NCBI GenBank assembly: GCA_010015805.1
Contig: ML978123.1
Coordinates: 1,302,001 to 1,366,000, forward strand
Reading direction: 5' to 3'
Origin: Rhizodiscina lignyota
Lineage: Eukaryota
DNA: 64,000 nucleotides
Shown one piece after another: positions 1 to 11,463 of the stretch. Numbering within the stretch: the first letter of the stretch is position 1; each line of letters begins with the position of its first letter. The position numbers and the translations under genes were made by a program. The notes under the pieces are model-generated. The model was not told where the DNA came from. It ran no database searches and saw only the letters and a list, made by a program, of their open reading frames with translations.

Positions 1-2202
1 GGGACAAGCCACGCTTTACTAGAGGCATCAGCCCAATCATAGATCGCTTCGTTGGTCCATCCACTGTGCGCGCTGTTAAAGGAATGAGAGGCAGAACGGA
101 TGGCGGACGACTTCAAGCTGTGTGAGGTCCATTCGCTCGAAACTTGGGTGTACTCTTCATCACCTTCGTCAGAGGACATCCAGATACCTCGCAATTGGCG
201 GCCCCAGGGGAATAGAACGACCTCGATTTCCCAAGGTCGTGCTGCAGATGGTAGTTCGGTAGCTTCCAGGACTTCTAAGCGCTCTTGGATATCCATCAGC
301 TTGGCTTCGGTTTCTTGGCGATCGATTGCAGCTTGAATAAGCGCCGACGATGTGACTGAGTGTGCTGATATATTTGATCCAAACGAAGCACCAATATCGG
401 GTTGAGCGGTATGATAACGACGTGATCTGGAAAGGCTAGTTTGGTCATCCTCCATTGCAGTGTGGAAATCGTCGTGCTCCTTTACGCGACCCTCAAGCTC
501 AAGAACACGGCCCTCAAAGAAATCAAACCGGTTCTGAAGTTCTTCAGGAGTGACATGTTCGAAAGAGACATTTTGCAGGGCGTCTACACGCTGAGAAAGT
601 CCCTGTAGCAATGTTGAGAAATTCGGGTACACCTTGAGGTGGTCGAGGAGTCTGTTCAAAGGCTGCAGTAACTGCTGTAGGGTCGTAGGCAGCCGCTGAA
701 GGGCATTGCTAGCGTTGTCGGGTCCTTGCTGAGCATTGGGTGCATCCATCGCCGGAGCATCAATGTGACTCGCGCTATTACGCGGCAAATCATTACGCTG
801 ACCTGCCTGATTGATTGCAGCTGCTTGAATCGATACATCCTCTGCCAAACTCGTCGCTTCTTGGACGTAGCGCTGAATTTCTGTGAGATCAGGCGTAGCC
901 TTAATACTTGGAGTGTTCAACTCTGTCGCACTTAGAAGGCCGTTGGGTATCCCTGCCTCGGTGGGAAGGTCAAGGGGAATTTCCAAAGGCGGGCCCATAT
1001 TTCTCATGTTGAGTGCGTGTTGAATGAAATCACGATTCGGAGTGTTTCTGTGTAGAGGTACATCTACTGAAGGATTTACAGTAGAAGGAAGCGATTCACT
1101 CGGAAACATGCTGAGCAGATTGGCCATCTCCAGTGGGTCATCTGGTACAGTCGGCGTGGGACTTTGGTCGAATGGTGCGCCTCCCATTGACCTTCCTTGT
1201 AAAGAGAGACCAAGTCCAGCTGCAATGGACGGTGGCCTTGATGATGGACCATGTGGAAAGCCGCTGATGGCATTGTTTTGCCTCTCAACATAGGAGTTGC
1301 CATTCTGAGTATGGTTCGCTTGAGGACGATAACGGTGCTCGTTCCCAGGAGGATGTGAAGTGTTAGCCTGAACACCCTGGAATGCGTCAGCGATGTCTTG
1401 GTACATGTACGGACATGTGAGTTCGATTGCACAGAAGGCTCCAAGTTGTGTCGAACGTGTCACTCCGGGACGGTTCAAGCTCACACAACCCTTCCACAAC
1501 CTTAGCGAAAACAGCAAGGCAGCATCTTGGAAATGTGCCCGCGAATGAATAATTGATACTGGAATGACTTACGTTGGGAGCTTCACGCTGTCTCTCGGGT
1601 GAGTCTGGTTGAGAGGAGAGCTGCTCTACGATGCGATGAGATCCCGCCGCCGCCTGCTGTTCGAAGCGTGCCACCACACTGCTAGGTCGATCCCCATGAG
1701 CAGCTTGGGCACCATTTGCACCATTCCTCGGTGTTGTAATGACTACGCCAAGCCGCTTGCCGTGTTCAACTCCTCGGAGGCTCACAGGATGCGAACCGGC
1801 CATCAACTGAAATCGCGTGTCCCCGCCATTCGACGACGCAAGCTGCAAGAAGACCGGTGATTTGTCTGTCAAGGCAGCCTGTAACGGCGAAGAGTCTACG
1901 ACAGCTTTATCTTGCTGTGGCCGCTCATCATGGAAGCATGCGTGATGAGAACAGAAGCAGATGTACGACGCATCATCGCTTGTAGCTCTATGCAGGGCAT
2001 TGGCTTGTTGGCTGACTGCGCGGCTACTATCTTGCCAAAATCGTCTGCATCCACATACTGGAGCTTGTGTCCCTCGACTCAGGTCTTGATAGTTGCATCG
2101 CCCTCGGGGTAGAGATCGTGGGGTCGAGTTCGAGGTAGCACGGTGAGGATTGAATGGAGTGGATGGTGCTGCTGGTCCAGAAGGGCGAGCAAAGGCTGCC
2201 AT
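1..2202 (-). CDS. Conserved-type fungal hypothetical protein with an N-terminal Cys/His cluster and a coiled-coil segment; 3' end runs off the window
   Basis: ATG at 2202 (MAAFARPSG...). Exon 1 holds RCNY..CGCRRF..YICFCSHHACFH. Intron about 1378-1572 (GTAAGT...CTGAC...CAG), then a long open exon (GVQANTSHPP...LQGLSQRVDALQNVSF...RVLELEGRVKEH) that continues past base 1. Confidence 0.7.
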
Positions 2203-3584
2203 CTGGGCGGCGAGTCCCAACTGCTGTCGATTGAGGAGCTCTCATTGATACATTGTATTCGTCTAATGCGCAACCAATGAGGTCAGTACATAAGCTATGA
2301 TCTGCGGTTCTGATGGGGTAAACACGCGACATACTTGACTCTGTTAATGTGGGATTGAGAGCGAGATTTAGTAGCTAGATATGCGCAGAAGCGTCAAAAC
2401 CATATAATTTCAAAGAGCGGACCGAATGCAAAGGAGAGATGCGACACGATAAAAGTGTGGAGAAAAGTGTAGAAGGGAGGGCGGAAGGGTGGTGACGGTG
2501 ACTCCTCCTCTGGTTCATGGCTTGAGCTATCAAAGCCGCCCACGCTTCTGCCTTCCATGCAATATGCGGGCCATAAGGCAAAATAAAAGACTGCTGGAAC
2601 TTCATTGGTTTCCATCTGGCGCACGGGGAAACCGGGGAGATCTTTAGCGTCGCCGGGACTCCCTGTAGGCGCATGCAGATGAGATGTCCAACACACCATC
2701 AAGGCCGGACGAATCTACAGACCTTTACAATCAGGCACTAAGACCATACAAGTCTTAGGCATCTTTTCACTCTATTAGACATGAACTCCGTAGAAGGGTT
2801 GGATGAGAATTTGCATCGCCGTAGAGTGCGCCAGAAACTGTGTAGAGCATGCATAAATGTTGTCTCTTCCGACTTGGTGTGCCGTTCGGTAACAGGATAT
2901 AGTCGAAGTAGCAACTGATGAAATGGAGCTCGACAGATAAGAAATCTTCATAATGGAGACCAAGCCATTATTAAGAATGAAAGCACTTTAATGCTTCGGT
3001 CGAAAATTAATTAACTTCTACTCTTTTTAACGCATGACCAAGGGAAAGTGTGAGCGGATGGAAACACTCTTGAAACTTCGCAAAGTTATGCGCGAACGTC
3101 CATAACTCTTTACAACAGCGAGAGCATGGTCTGTGTGTGGCCTTGCGAGTAGTAGACGGGCATAACAGTCTGGCTGAACGCGTCAGCTCCTGCGGATGGA
3201 CGAGAATATGGTGACGACGGCGGGTTGTAGACTTTGTCGGGCATCCAGAGGTCAGGAGTTATGCGTAAGGCCTTGGAGCCTGCAAGGGAAAGGGGCCGAG
3301 GAAGTCAAAGCGGGCCATGGAGAGTACATGGAATGTGTTTAATAGCCAATGGGCAAGCGCTATGATTTCTTAACATGTAGGATTCTATAGCACGAGTCTG
3401 CACCAGAAAACTAGAAGCGCTGACAGCACGCGAATGCCGCTCTTCTGATGCCTTATCAGGCACATGTTATCCCACCCATGACCAATCTGGTCAACAATCC
3501 CACTTCCGAAACTCCAAACAATGCCCAAACTCTCCATAACAGAACCGCACCAATGCAGATTCAGCTAGTGAACAAAAGAAGACT

Positions 3585-5441
3585 CTATTCGAGATTCTCC
3601 GGCCGCTTGACAGGCGACTGCGTGCTCTGGCCGTCTCGGGCGTCCGATGGCGATGATATCGCAATACTCAGGCTGTTCCGAATTATCCGACTCGCGCTGC
3701 CTTGTCTGCCCCCACTGGTAGGTGCCTTGCCATTTGCGTGCCCATTGGGCTCGTCGTCCGTTGTGAGCACAGGTTGGTAGTCGGCGTTGGACAGATGAGC
3801 CTCCATCCTTGCATCGTCGCGCATCTTCTTGAATTTCATGTAGTTGTACGCAACAATGCAAGCGATTGTGACTAGCACACCCGACACATTGACTGGCGTG
3901 AGCTTATCCGCGAAAACAATGCTGGCAGTGCTGATGGTGATAACCTCTTTAAAAATGCCGCATATCGAGAGCGTAACGACGCTTGTACGTTGAAGCAGCG
4001 CAAATTCAGAAGCAGTCATTAGGAATGCTAAGCACCCTGGGAAAATAAGAATGAAGGGCGTGAGAGCAGCGCCCTTCAGCTCAACCAGATGCGCTAGGCC
4101 ACGTCCAAGAGCGACGGGACCTTCGACTGGGATTGCAATGATGAGGAGGGCAAAGAACATGACAGGTGCGAGGAAGAAGATGGAGGCAAACGGGTTCGAG
4201 GTTGCAGGATTTCGGAGCAGAAGAATCTGTGTCAGTGACCATCGGAAACCGGACGAGGCAGCGGCCGACATTACGAGGACGAACCCAAGAACGTTAAAAG
4301 ACGTCTCCCCCGCTACCATCATGATGACTCCAATCGTCATGACAGTAATAATTCCACAGAGCTTCCACGTCGGCTTTTCGAGGCGGAATATAAATGCAAA
4401 GACGAGGACGAAGCCAAGAACAGATGACTTGCACATAGCTACAGTGACAGTTAGCTTCACCGATGCACACGATGAGCATCTCGGCACGTACTGTAAAATG
4501 TGAGGGTGATGAACTTGAGACTCATGTTCCCCAGTCCAATGTCCATGCCAGTGGCCAGACCGCATGGGGCGATTCGAGTGAGGTAGAACCAGCGAGTCAT
4601 AAGCGGCTTCTTCTCATCCACAGGTTCTTCTGTTCGGCGTATGCTTTCAGCATGATGTGGATTGACGGCTCCGTGTCGAGGCCGGAACTTTGGAAAAATC
4701 CACATGACCAATGCCGCCAGTGAAAACTGTACGATCATGTGCGCACACGTGGTGAACAGCGGGAAGGGAAACACTGGTGGGCTTTGCTCTGGGCCGTCCT
4801 CTCCTTCTTTGGGCGTCTTTTCGTCCTTGAACATCCATTTGTTGTACTGCGCACGATGTTAGAAGGACAATCGGAATGGGAATGTGGATACACTTACAAC
4901 TGAAATGGATATCGAGAAGAAGTACCTGGGGTTTGTCAGTCCAGTCTCTGCCTAGTTTACTGCCAGGAACCTACCATCCTCCTATCAAAGTACCATTAAT
5001 CAAGAGATTCTTGACCATATAACGCGTCGCTACTCGCTCTTCCTGTTGTGTGACATCGTATGCCCCTGGCGCCGTCCCTGCGATCCTCTCATCTAACCGC
5101 GTCCTCCGCCGCTTCTGCTTCTTCATCTTCGCTCGCTCCGCGCTGGTCAATCCCGCCTCCTCATCGTCATTTATGTCATCTTCATACAAGGGATCCATCT
5201 CTAGGTCGTCGCTACTCGTCATATCGGAGTCGTACTCGTCAGCTGGCGCTCCAGGAGCGCTCCGGCGCTGCTTGCGACCGTCTGAGGGCCCGTCGGCCTC
5301 ACGGCCGGGCTCTACGTGGTTAGACAATGCGGATCGAGGGCGACACTGCGCCCGTGGGGCATATGAAGGCAAGAGGTTTCCGCTCGCGTTGCCAAATGAT
5401 AGTCTGCGTCGTCTGGATCTCCTCGAGCTGCCAAGGGCCAT
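3585..5441 (-). CDS. Triose-phosphate/nucleotide-sugar transporter family protein (SLC35C2/YMD8-like), multi-exon
   Basis: Multiple hydrophobic helices. Motifs FPFPLFTT, PCGLATGMDIGLGNMSLKFITLTFY, MCKSS..FVLVFAF.FRLE, SGFRWSLTQILL and TSVVTLSICGIFKEVITI. Introns near 4926-4974, 4860-4897 and 4438-4490. Confidence 0.9.
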
Positions 5442-6652
5442 CAATCAGGAGGAGGGCGCTCGGGTGGCGTTTTTGAGAGGTTCCGGAACGGGAGGAAAGG
5501 CTTCAAGCGTTTCCATCGGCCGCTGGGAACAATTTTGGGAGAAAGTGGTCAGCATGGACGTTGACACACGAGTGAGATCCCTTTCCAGCTTGGCCAAGAG
5601 CTGGTGTGCACGTTACATAAATAAGGGACCCTCGACACTCCCTCGCCTCGGAAGCGGAGCCTGGACCCCTGCAGGGACTTTCTAGATCCAACTTTAGGTA
5701 ATCTTGACGAGCACCATGTGAGATTCGTTCAATACCTCCAACAACGCTACAATCATGAGTTCGTCATCAACTATGCATAGGAATCCTTACCTGCGCGTGG
5801 AGGTTTTGCTCCAATTCGATTGTATGTGGGCGCTCAACCTACTCTTTCCTCAAGTCGATCTAAATTTGCAGTGAACTCGGTCAGCTCTGACCTGCGCGAA
5901 TAGGTGGAGCTTTTATTCGATTATTTGTGGGGGCTTAACTTACGGGCTGTACGTATAGATTGAACTCTGTCTGAATTGAGCGAGCTCCCTAAACTTACAG
6001 CGTAACCAGGTAGATCTAGCTTTGCTTTGACTAGGTAAGTACGCTTGCTTCTCGTTCGACGGGTGTGTTGATATTGAGCTTTCATTCAAATACGGGCGCT
6101 TAGCTAGTAACATGCACGTAAAGAGCGAGGGTTTTCTCAATTAAAGTCCCAGCTTGCGTATGAAGGATGGGCCTCGATCTGATTATGTCCGGGCGCTCGA
6201 TACGCTAGTCACACAGGCAGCCATAGACACAGATGGGGTTTTATCAAGACCAGCAAGGTCCTTTTCGACTACGCTATGCCTGCCGCCTTTAGAATAGGTC
6301 GGCATTACCCTTGACAGGTGAAATATGCTTATAACAGAGTGCATTCATGAACTTCGCACTCCGCATCCTATTGTGTAATACAAAGGGCCGGGGCGATGTG
6401 ATGATGGTGACGGAGTTGATTTGCCTGGCTTATGTTCTCCAGGAGATGACTTCGACTCGCGTATTTGGGCCCGTTCATTTGAAGGAGTAGAAGTTGCTAA
6501 GATCGATGTTGGTTCATACCATAACCTGCGATCGATTGCCTCGATATCGTCCTGGTTCCGATGCCTCCTACCGTTCGTCGTAGGCAGACACATTCCACTC
6601 TTCCCACTCTGAGTATATTCGACATTCTTCATCGCTCCTGAGTCTTCACGCT

Positions 6653-8413
6653 CTATGTCACGAGCCAGCTGATGCCTGCCCATCCTGCAACTAGTGTCCA
6701 GCCAAGAAGCAGAACGAAGCCTCCCAATAACACGCCTGTTCCGGTTCTTCCACCAGCATCGAGGAATCCACTGGCCGGGGATCCACCTAAACCTAGAAAG
6801 ATCCAAAGTAACATGCCAGCCAAGGCTAGAACCACCACCATCACCAGCGCAAGGACAATACGCAACCAACTCCACCCCTCGACGAACTCTAGACCTGCTG
6901 CGCATTGGTGTGCAACAATTGCTTCCTCTGTCATCTCATGAACTGGCCGGATCGAAGCTTGGGAAAATTTGCGAGACTCTTGGGACTCGAAATCCCCTTT
7001 CTCTTCATTGATCTTCTGCGGGCCTTGCGCGTTTTGAAGTTCGGACATTGAAAGGCGCAGTGGTCGCGGAGAAGCCGACGTTACTGGTGTCATTATCATC
7101 GGTTCCATTGCCGCCAGTCGATGTGCCCAATGTACCCAAGCATATCTCCCTTTTCCAGCTCTCTTTGGCTGGCGAAAGTTCTGGAGTAAGCTCGTCTCAG
7201 AGAACGTGTCACTCAGTCCCAGCGAAGCTAGAAATCGAGGGGAACGTGGTCCATGCAGTGGGCCAGAAACTTGCTGTCCAAAGGCATGGCAGCGATTTGC
7301 GCAACATTCGTCTTTCACAAGACTAGTGTGATTGAGTGCTCCAGAATGCCCAAGACACGCGGACGAATGGCCAACAACGATCCGCTTTAAACTTCTCGCG
7401 CTGAAGAAGCGCCACGGCCCGCTTAGTGCAGCGTATTCCTTGTGGAGTCGGCGGAAGAAGAGCTCATCGTCAAAATCCAGACTGGCGAAATATTCCTCCT
7501 TTCCCGATGCCGATGTCGACTTGACATCTGCCCCTCGGAGATTTGCTGGTATGGCGAGTCGAGAGACTCGAGGGTTGAGTACTGCTTTTCGTCGACGGAC
7601 GCTTAGCGTGAGAATTGACTCCCGTGGGAGCCCTTTCATTGATCCTGGAGAGATTGGCGGAGCGCGAGAGAAAGCCCTCTTGATGCCATTTGGATACGGC
7701 GTCCGGACAATGTGATTAGGGAGGTGCTTCTGTGCATAAGACGTGTCTATTGGTGGTGGTATAACGTGTACCTTTCTTGTTGCAGGTGCTGAGGCAGATC
7801 GTAGTCGAGCATTCTGTGCTTCCGTGAAAAGATTCTCTCGCGACAGAAGCTTGGTGTTTGCGCCTATTGCCTCTCCTCGTAACTCCTGGAGCGTGATCGT
7901 GTGTATATCGAGAATATGATCTTCGAGTGGCATAAGGTCAACTATGCTTTCTCTATTGTGGTCATCGAACACTGCAGAACTTCGCGGAGAAGAATGATGC
8001 ACAACTTTTGCACTACCTGAAGCGCGGATATTAACTGACCGTGCCTCGTCGGTGACTGCCGTCTCCTCGAAAGATCCGTCATACGATGATATCGAGCCAC
8101 GTTGACGTGGATCTGGAGGTGGGCGTGTGTTCTCCGTGGTCGACGGCGTGCTTGTGAGCGTGAGGAAGCCATGAGGTAGTCCTGTTGCGAGAGCGCGGTT
8201 AACTTGATCGCCGCACTCTGAAACTCCCTGAGGAGCTGTTGAACCGAGATAGATCTGGTCTTTGCGCGGAGACGAGCGCTGTCGGGGTATTGGAAGAGGC
8301 ACAGGAGGAGAGCTCGGTATGCCCGTCGAAGTTTTTTCTTCTTCTGATGTTGATGGACTATCGAAAAAGGTATCGGGTCGAGGACTACTTCCAAAGGCGC
8401 GAGGATCAGTCAT
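6653..8413 (-). CDS. Hypothetical protein, disordered N-terminus with two C-terminal transmembrane helices
   Basis: 586-aa single ORF. DFDDELFFRRL..Y..L..P.RFFSARSL segment, then LEFVEGWS followed by two hydrophobic helices at the C-terminus. Confidence 0.75.
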   Translation of the reverse strand: MTDPRAFGSSPRPDTFFDSPSTSEEEKTSTGIPSSPPVPLPIPRQRSSPRKDQIYLGSTAPQGVSECGDQVNRALATGLPHGFLTLTSTPSTTENTRPPPDPRQRGSISSYDGSFEETAVTDEARSVNIRASGSAKVVHHSSPRSSAVFDDHNRESIVDLMPLEDHILDIHTITLQELRGEAIGANTKLLSRENLFTEAQNARLRSASAPATRKVHVIPPPIDTSYAQKHLPNHIVRTPYPNGIKRAFSRAPPISPGSMKGLPRESILTLSVRRRKAVLNPRVSRLAIPANLRGADVKSTSASGKEEYFASLDFDDELFFRRLHKEYAALSGPWRFFSARSLKRIVVGHSSACLGHSGALNHTSLVKDECCANRCHAFGQQVSGPLHGPRSPRFLASLGLSDTFSETSLLQNFRQPKRAGKGRYAWVHWAHRLAAMEPMIMTPVTSASPRPLRLSMSELQNAQGPQKINEEKGDFESQESRKFSQASIRPVHEMTEEAIVAHQCAAGLEFVEGWSWLRIVLALVMVVVLALAGMLLWIFLGLGGSPASGFLDAGGRTGTGVLLGGFVLLLGWTLVAGWAGISWLVT

Positions 8414-8637
8414 AGTGAGAACTTTATCACGAGATCATAACGTTGTGAGATCACAGATGTTGAACTCGTTGCTTGCGTTAAACCTGGGAACGTTCGCACG
8501 GAACAGACCCTAATGAGTACGGAAAATGCATGAAGAAACTATAAGAAGGGCATTTGAATAATGAAAACAAATAACCCCATAGATAGAAGCAAGGGATTGC
8601 TCCTGGAATGCATCTATTTCAGGAGCGTCGCACAACC

Positions 8638-11089
8638 TTAACGCACGAACTTTCCCCCGCAATAGAGGCAAACGTCACAAGTCGCTAACAGCAGAAGAGC
8701 CAGTGACGGCAAGCTCGATGAAGTGTTTGCAGACTCCCTTTTAGCATGACTTTCAGAGACCACTTTGTGCACCCATTCTTCGGTTATGAACGGCTTGCCG
8801 CAGACTCCACAATATTTCGTGATACCAGGTGCTTGGATGGTCATGAACGTGAGCTGACAGCGAACTAACTTTCAATTAGCACTCATGAAATAATCTCAGA
8901 ACGACTCTGAGGCTTACTGAACCGGTGACCATGCGAGCATTTTGCTGATCGACAGTCGTCGAAAGCGACTGGAGCATCACAAATGTCGCAATTCTCCACG
9001 ACTTCGGAGGGGACAGTGCTCGGGTCAGCTCCGTTCATGGGAGCATCAGAAAAGACCATGATTGAAAGCATTCCGAATATCCGCGCAAGGCGATGGCTCA
9101 GTTCATCATCTCCTGTGAATAGGGGCAGGAGCTTATCAACTGCGCGACAGAGATGTCGCAGCACTGGAATATCGTCTTCAAGCGCTGGCTCTTTGGATAA
9201 GACGCTAGCGTCGATCAGGCGGCCAATTCGAAAGCGCTTTTGTGCAATCTGATCAAAGAGCTCCTGTCTCAATGGAACTACAAAGTTGTACGGTGATGTT
9301 TCGATGTCAGGCGAAGCGGATGTGTAATGCTTGGCGATCGCCTCATCCAAAGGTAATCGAGTCCTTGAAAAATCAGAGGAAGGGCCAGGCTTAACCGTGT
9401 TGGAAAGCTGAGCCCACAATGCCTCCGCCAGCGCCACTCGGTCATCCCACGCATGGCGACGGCATATCCACCTCTTGAGGGCAAAGGTCAGGAACTCAGA
9501 GCTGACCACTACAGAAGTCAGCATACGGACTTGGAGTAGTGGTGAGTAAAACGTTACCTGTAACATCAGAATTCCAGCCTTCTGAAGGTGGCTCGAATGC
9601 TTCATCGTCCATAGTGCGTGCTTCGCTGATATCAACAGAGCAAAGCTGGTCTATTGGAATGGTGTACTCCAACTGGTCGCCTGGGTGAAAAGATGTACAT
9701 GTTGCAGTGAAGTATCCGAAAGGTGAAGAAGTGATACCATAAACTTTCGCTTTTACGTTGCCGCGAAGTTCGTGTTCTGCGCTATAGATCGCCATCTTAT
9801 CTCTTAGCTGTTGTCTCCAGCCCGCTTCGGGACACTCGTGTTCCTTCTCTTTGTGACGCAGCAATGAAAGAGTGGTCTGGGAAGCGCGTGGGGTAGATAG
9901 ATGAAACACGAAATGTACCAGTGGATAGGATGTGTCAGTGAAGGTCACTCCGGACGGCATATCCCAATGATCAGATATGCTGTGCAGGTTCAGGGGTGAT
10001 ATAGTGGTTTCGCCATCATCATGAAAAGTGACGCAAACGACTGATTCTTGAGTAAATGTCACCATACGTAATGTACCATCCTCGGACAGGGTCGGAAGCC
10101 ATGAAATTGGTGCCTTGTCCCTCATTGGGAGTTCCACTGATTGAGGATCGTCGAAGGCCATCTTAATGGGTTCGGAGTCATTCGAATGGGATGCAGATAC
10201 CTTGTGAACTTGAATATGAGATCCAGAGGGATATACCAGGAAAGATGTTGATTCTCCACTCTCCGAACGGATCCATGGGCTCCATGACAAAGTCGACCTG
10301 TACGCTCTGTGGGACATCATCTCTTCGAAAGTCAGTGGGGGCGTGTTCATCACACCATCGTCGACAGATGATGCTTTGAAGTGTGCCACCACAGCCGCTG
10401 ACGGGCTCTGATCAGCCAAGAGAATGCTAGATGCGAGCTGCACACGCAATATGATAATCTCATCACAGTCGTTGCACACCGCAAGAAATTCGCTTGTGGA
10501 GTCCACAGCGTGCTGATGTGAAGTGGAGCCCCATACAAAAGCTCTTATCCGGACGCGGCGTCGAAACGATTTGTCCTTGTCTGTGTGAAGCATTGTGGAG
10601 AAGTATGCTTTCAGGGTATGGTTAATGACGAGGGTGCGTCTCCAGCCATCCGCAAGCCATGGCTTTGAAGTGCTCTCCCAAATTGACAGAAGCAGATTGC
10701 TGGTAAGCACACCAAGTACGGCACGCCTTTGTTTGGAGAGTCCCCTATACGACCAGGCCAGTGAAACAACAGTAATGGGCGAAATCTCCTCTCCTATGGA
10801 CCATTCACGGAAGCTTGCGGGTTTCAAAGTTGGCTGTTCCTGCAGCGTGAAGCTGTTGATACGAATGTGTACATTATGCCAAAGCGTATCCGTAGTCTTG
10901 ATTTGGACAAATGGATGGAATTTTGGAGTCTAATTTCGGTCAGTGCGCTGAAGAGTGCGACTGAAGAGATTTGTCACTTACAAGAAGCTCCACGTGTTCG
11001 CCACCGGCGACAGCAAGATCACCATCCTGAGACCAGGCAAAGCAATTTATATTGTTTGGCCAGCAATTGAGCGTAAAATCGTCAGGCAT
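8638..11089 (-). CDS. Transcription factor IIIC delta (90 kDa/Tfc8-like) subunit with C-terminal zinc finger
   Basis: Start MPDDFTLNCWPN..CFAWSQDGDLAV, propeller-like LAWS...LGVLTSNLLLSIWE, and C-terminal CDIC...C..GH.F.RC.L...IQAPGITKYC.VC...CDVCLYCGGKF typical of the zf-TFIIIC domain. Several short introns. Confidence 0.8.
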
Positions 11090-11366
11090 TTTGTGTCGCA
11101 GAAGTAGGCTGGAAACCACAATTACCCTATGAGTAAGTGCATGTGTGTTCTTTGCTCAACCCATTTTTCCTCACCGTCGTCCACTCCTCCTATACTTGGC
11201 GAGAAGATCCTCAATGAAGAGAGTCAGCCATGTTTATGAAACGCCAGCGGGGTGGTGGAGAGAGCTGTATGTGCATGGCTTTGAAGGCCATTAACGTAGA
11301 GCAGCCCTGAGCAGGGATATGAGGCAAAAACACGCTAACACTAAATAGGCCAGATCATGAACCTTG

Positions 11367-11394
11367 GCGCGTTTAGGACGCGTCTTTGACGCGC
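11367..11394. promoter_or_regulatory. Three MCB-like (ACGCGT/CGCG core) elements upstream of MCM4
   Basis: GCGCGT 11367-11372, ACGCGT 11378-11383 and ACGCGC 11389-11394, 70-100 bp before the MCM4 ATG. Confidence 0.7.
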
Positions 11395-11463
11395 CGCCAA
11401 ATCTCAAATCATATCCTTCAAGTTCTCCTCACAACCCCACCAATTCCATAGTCTACACCCATC

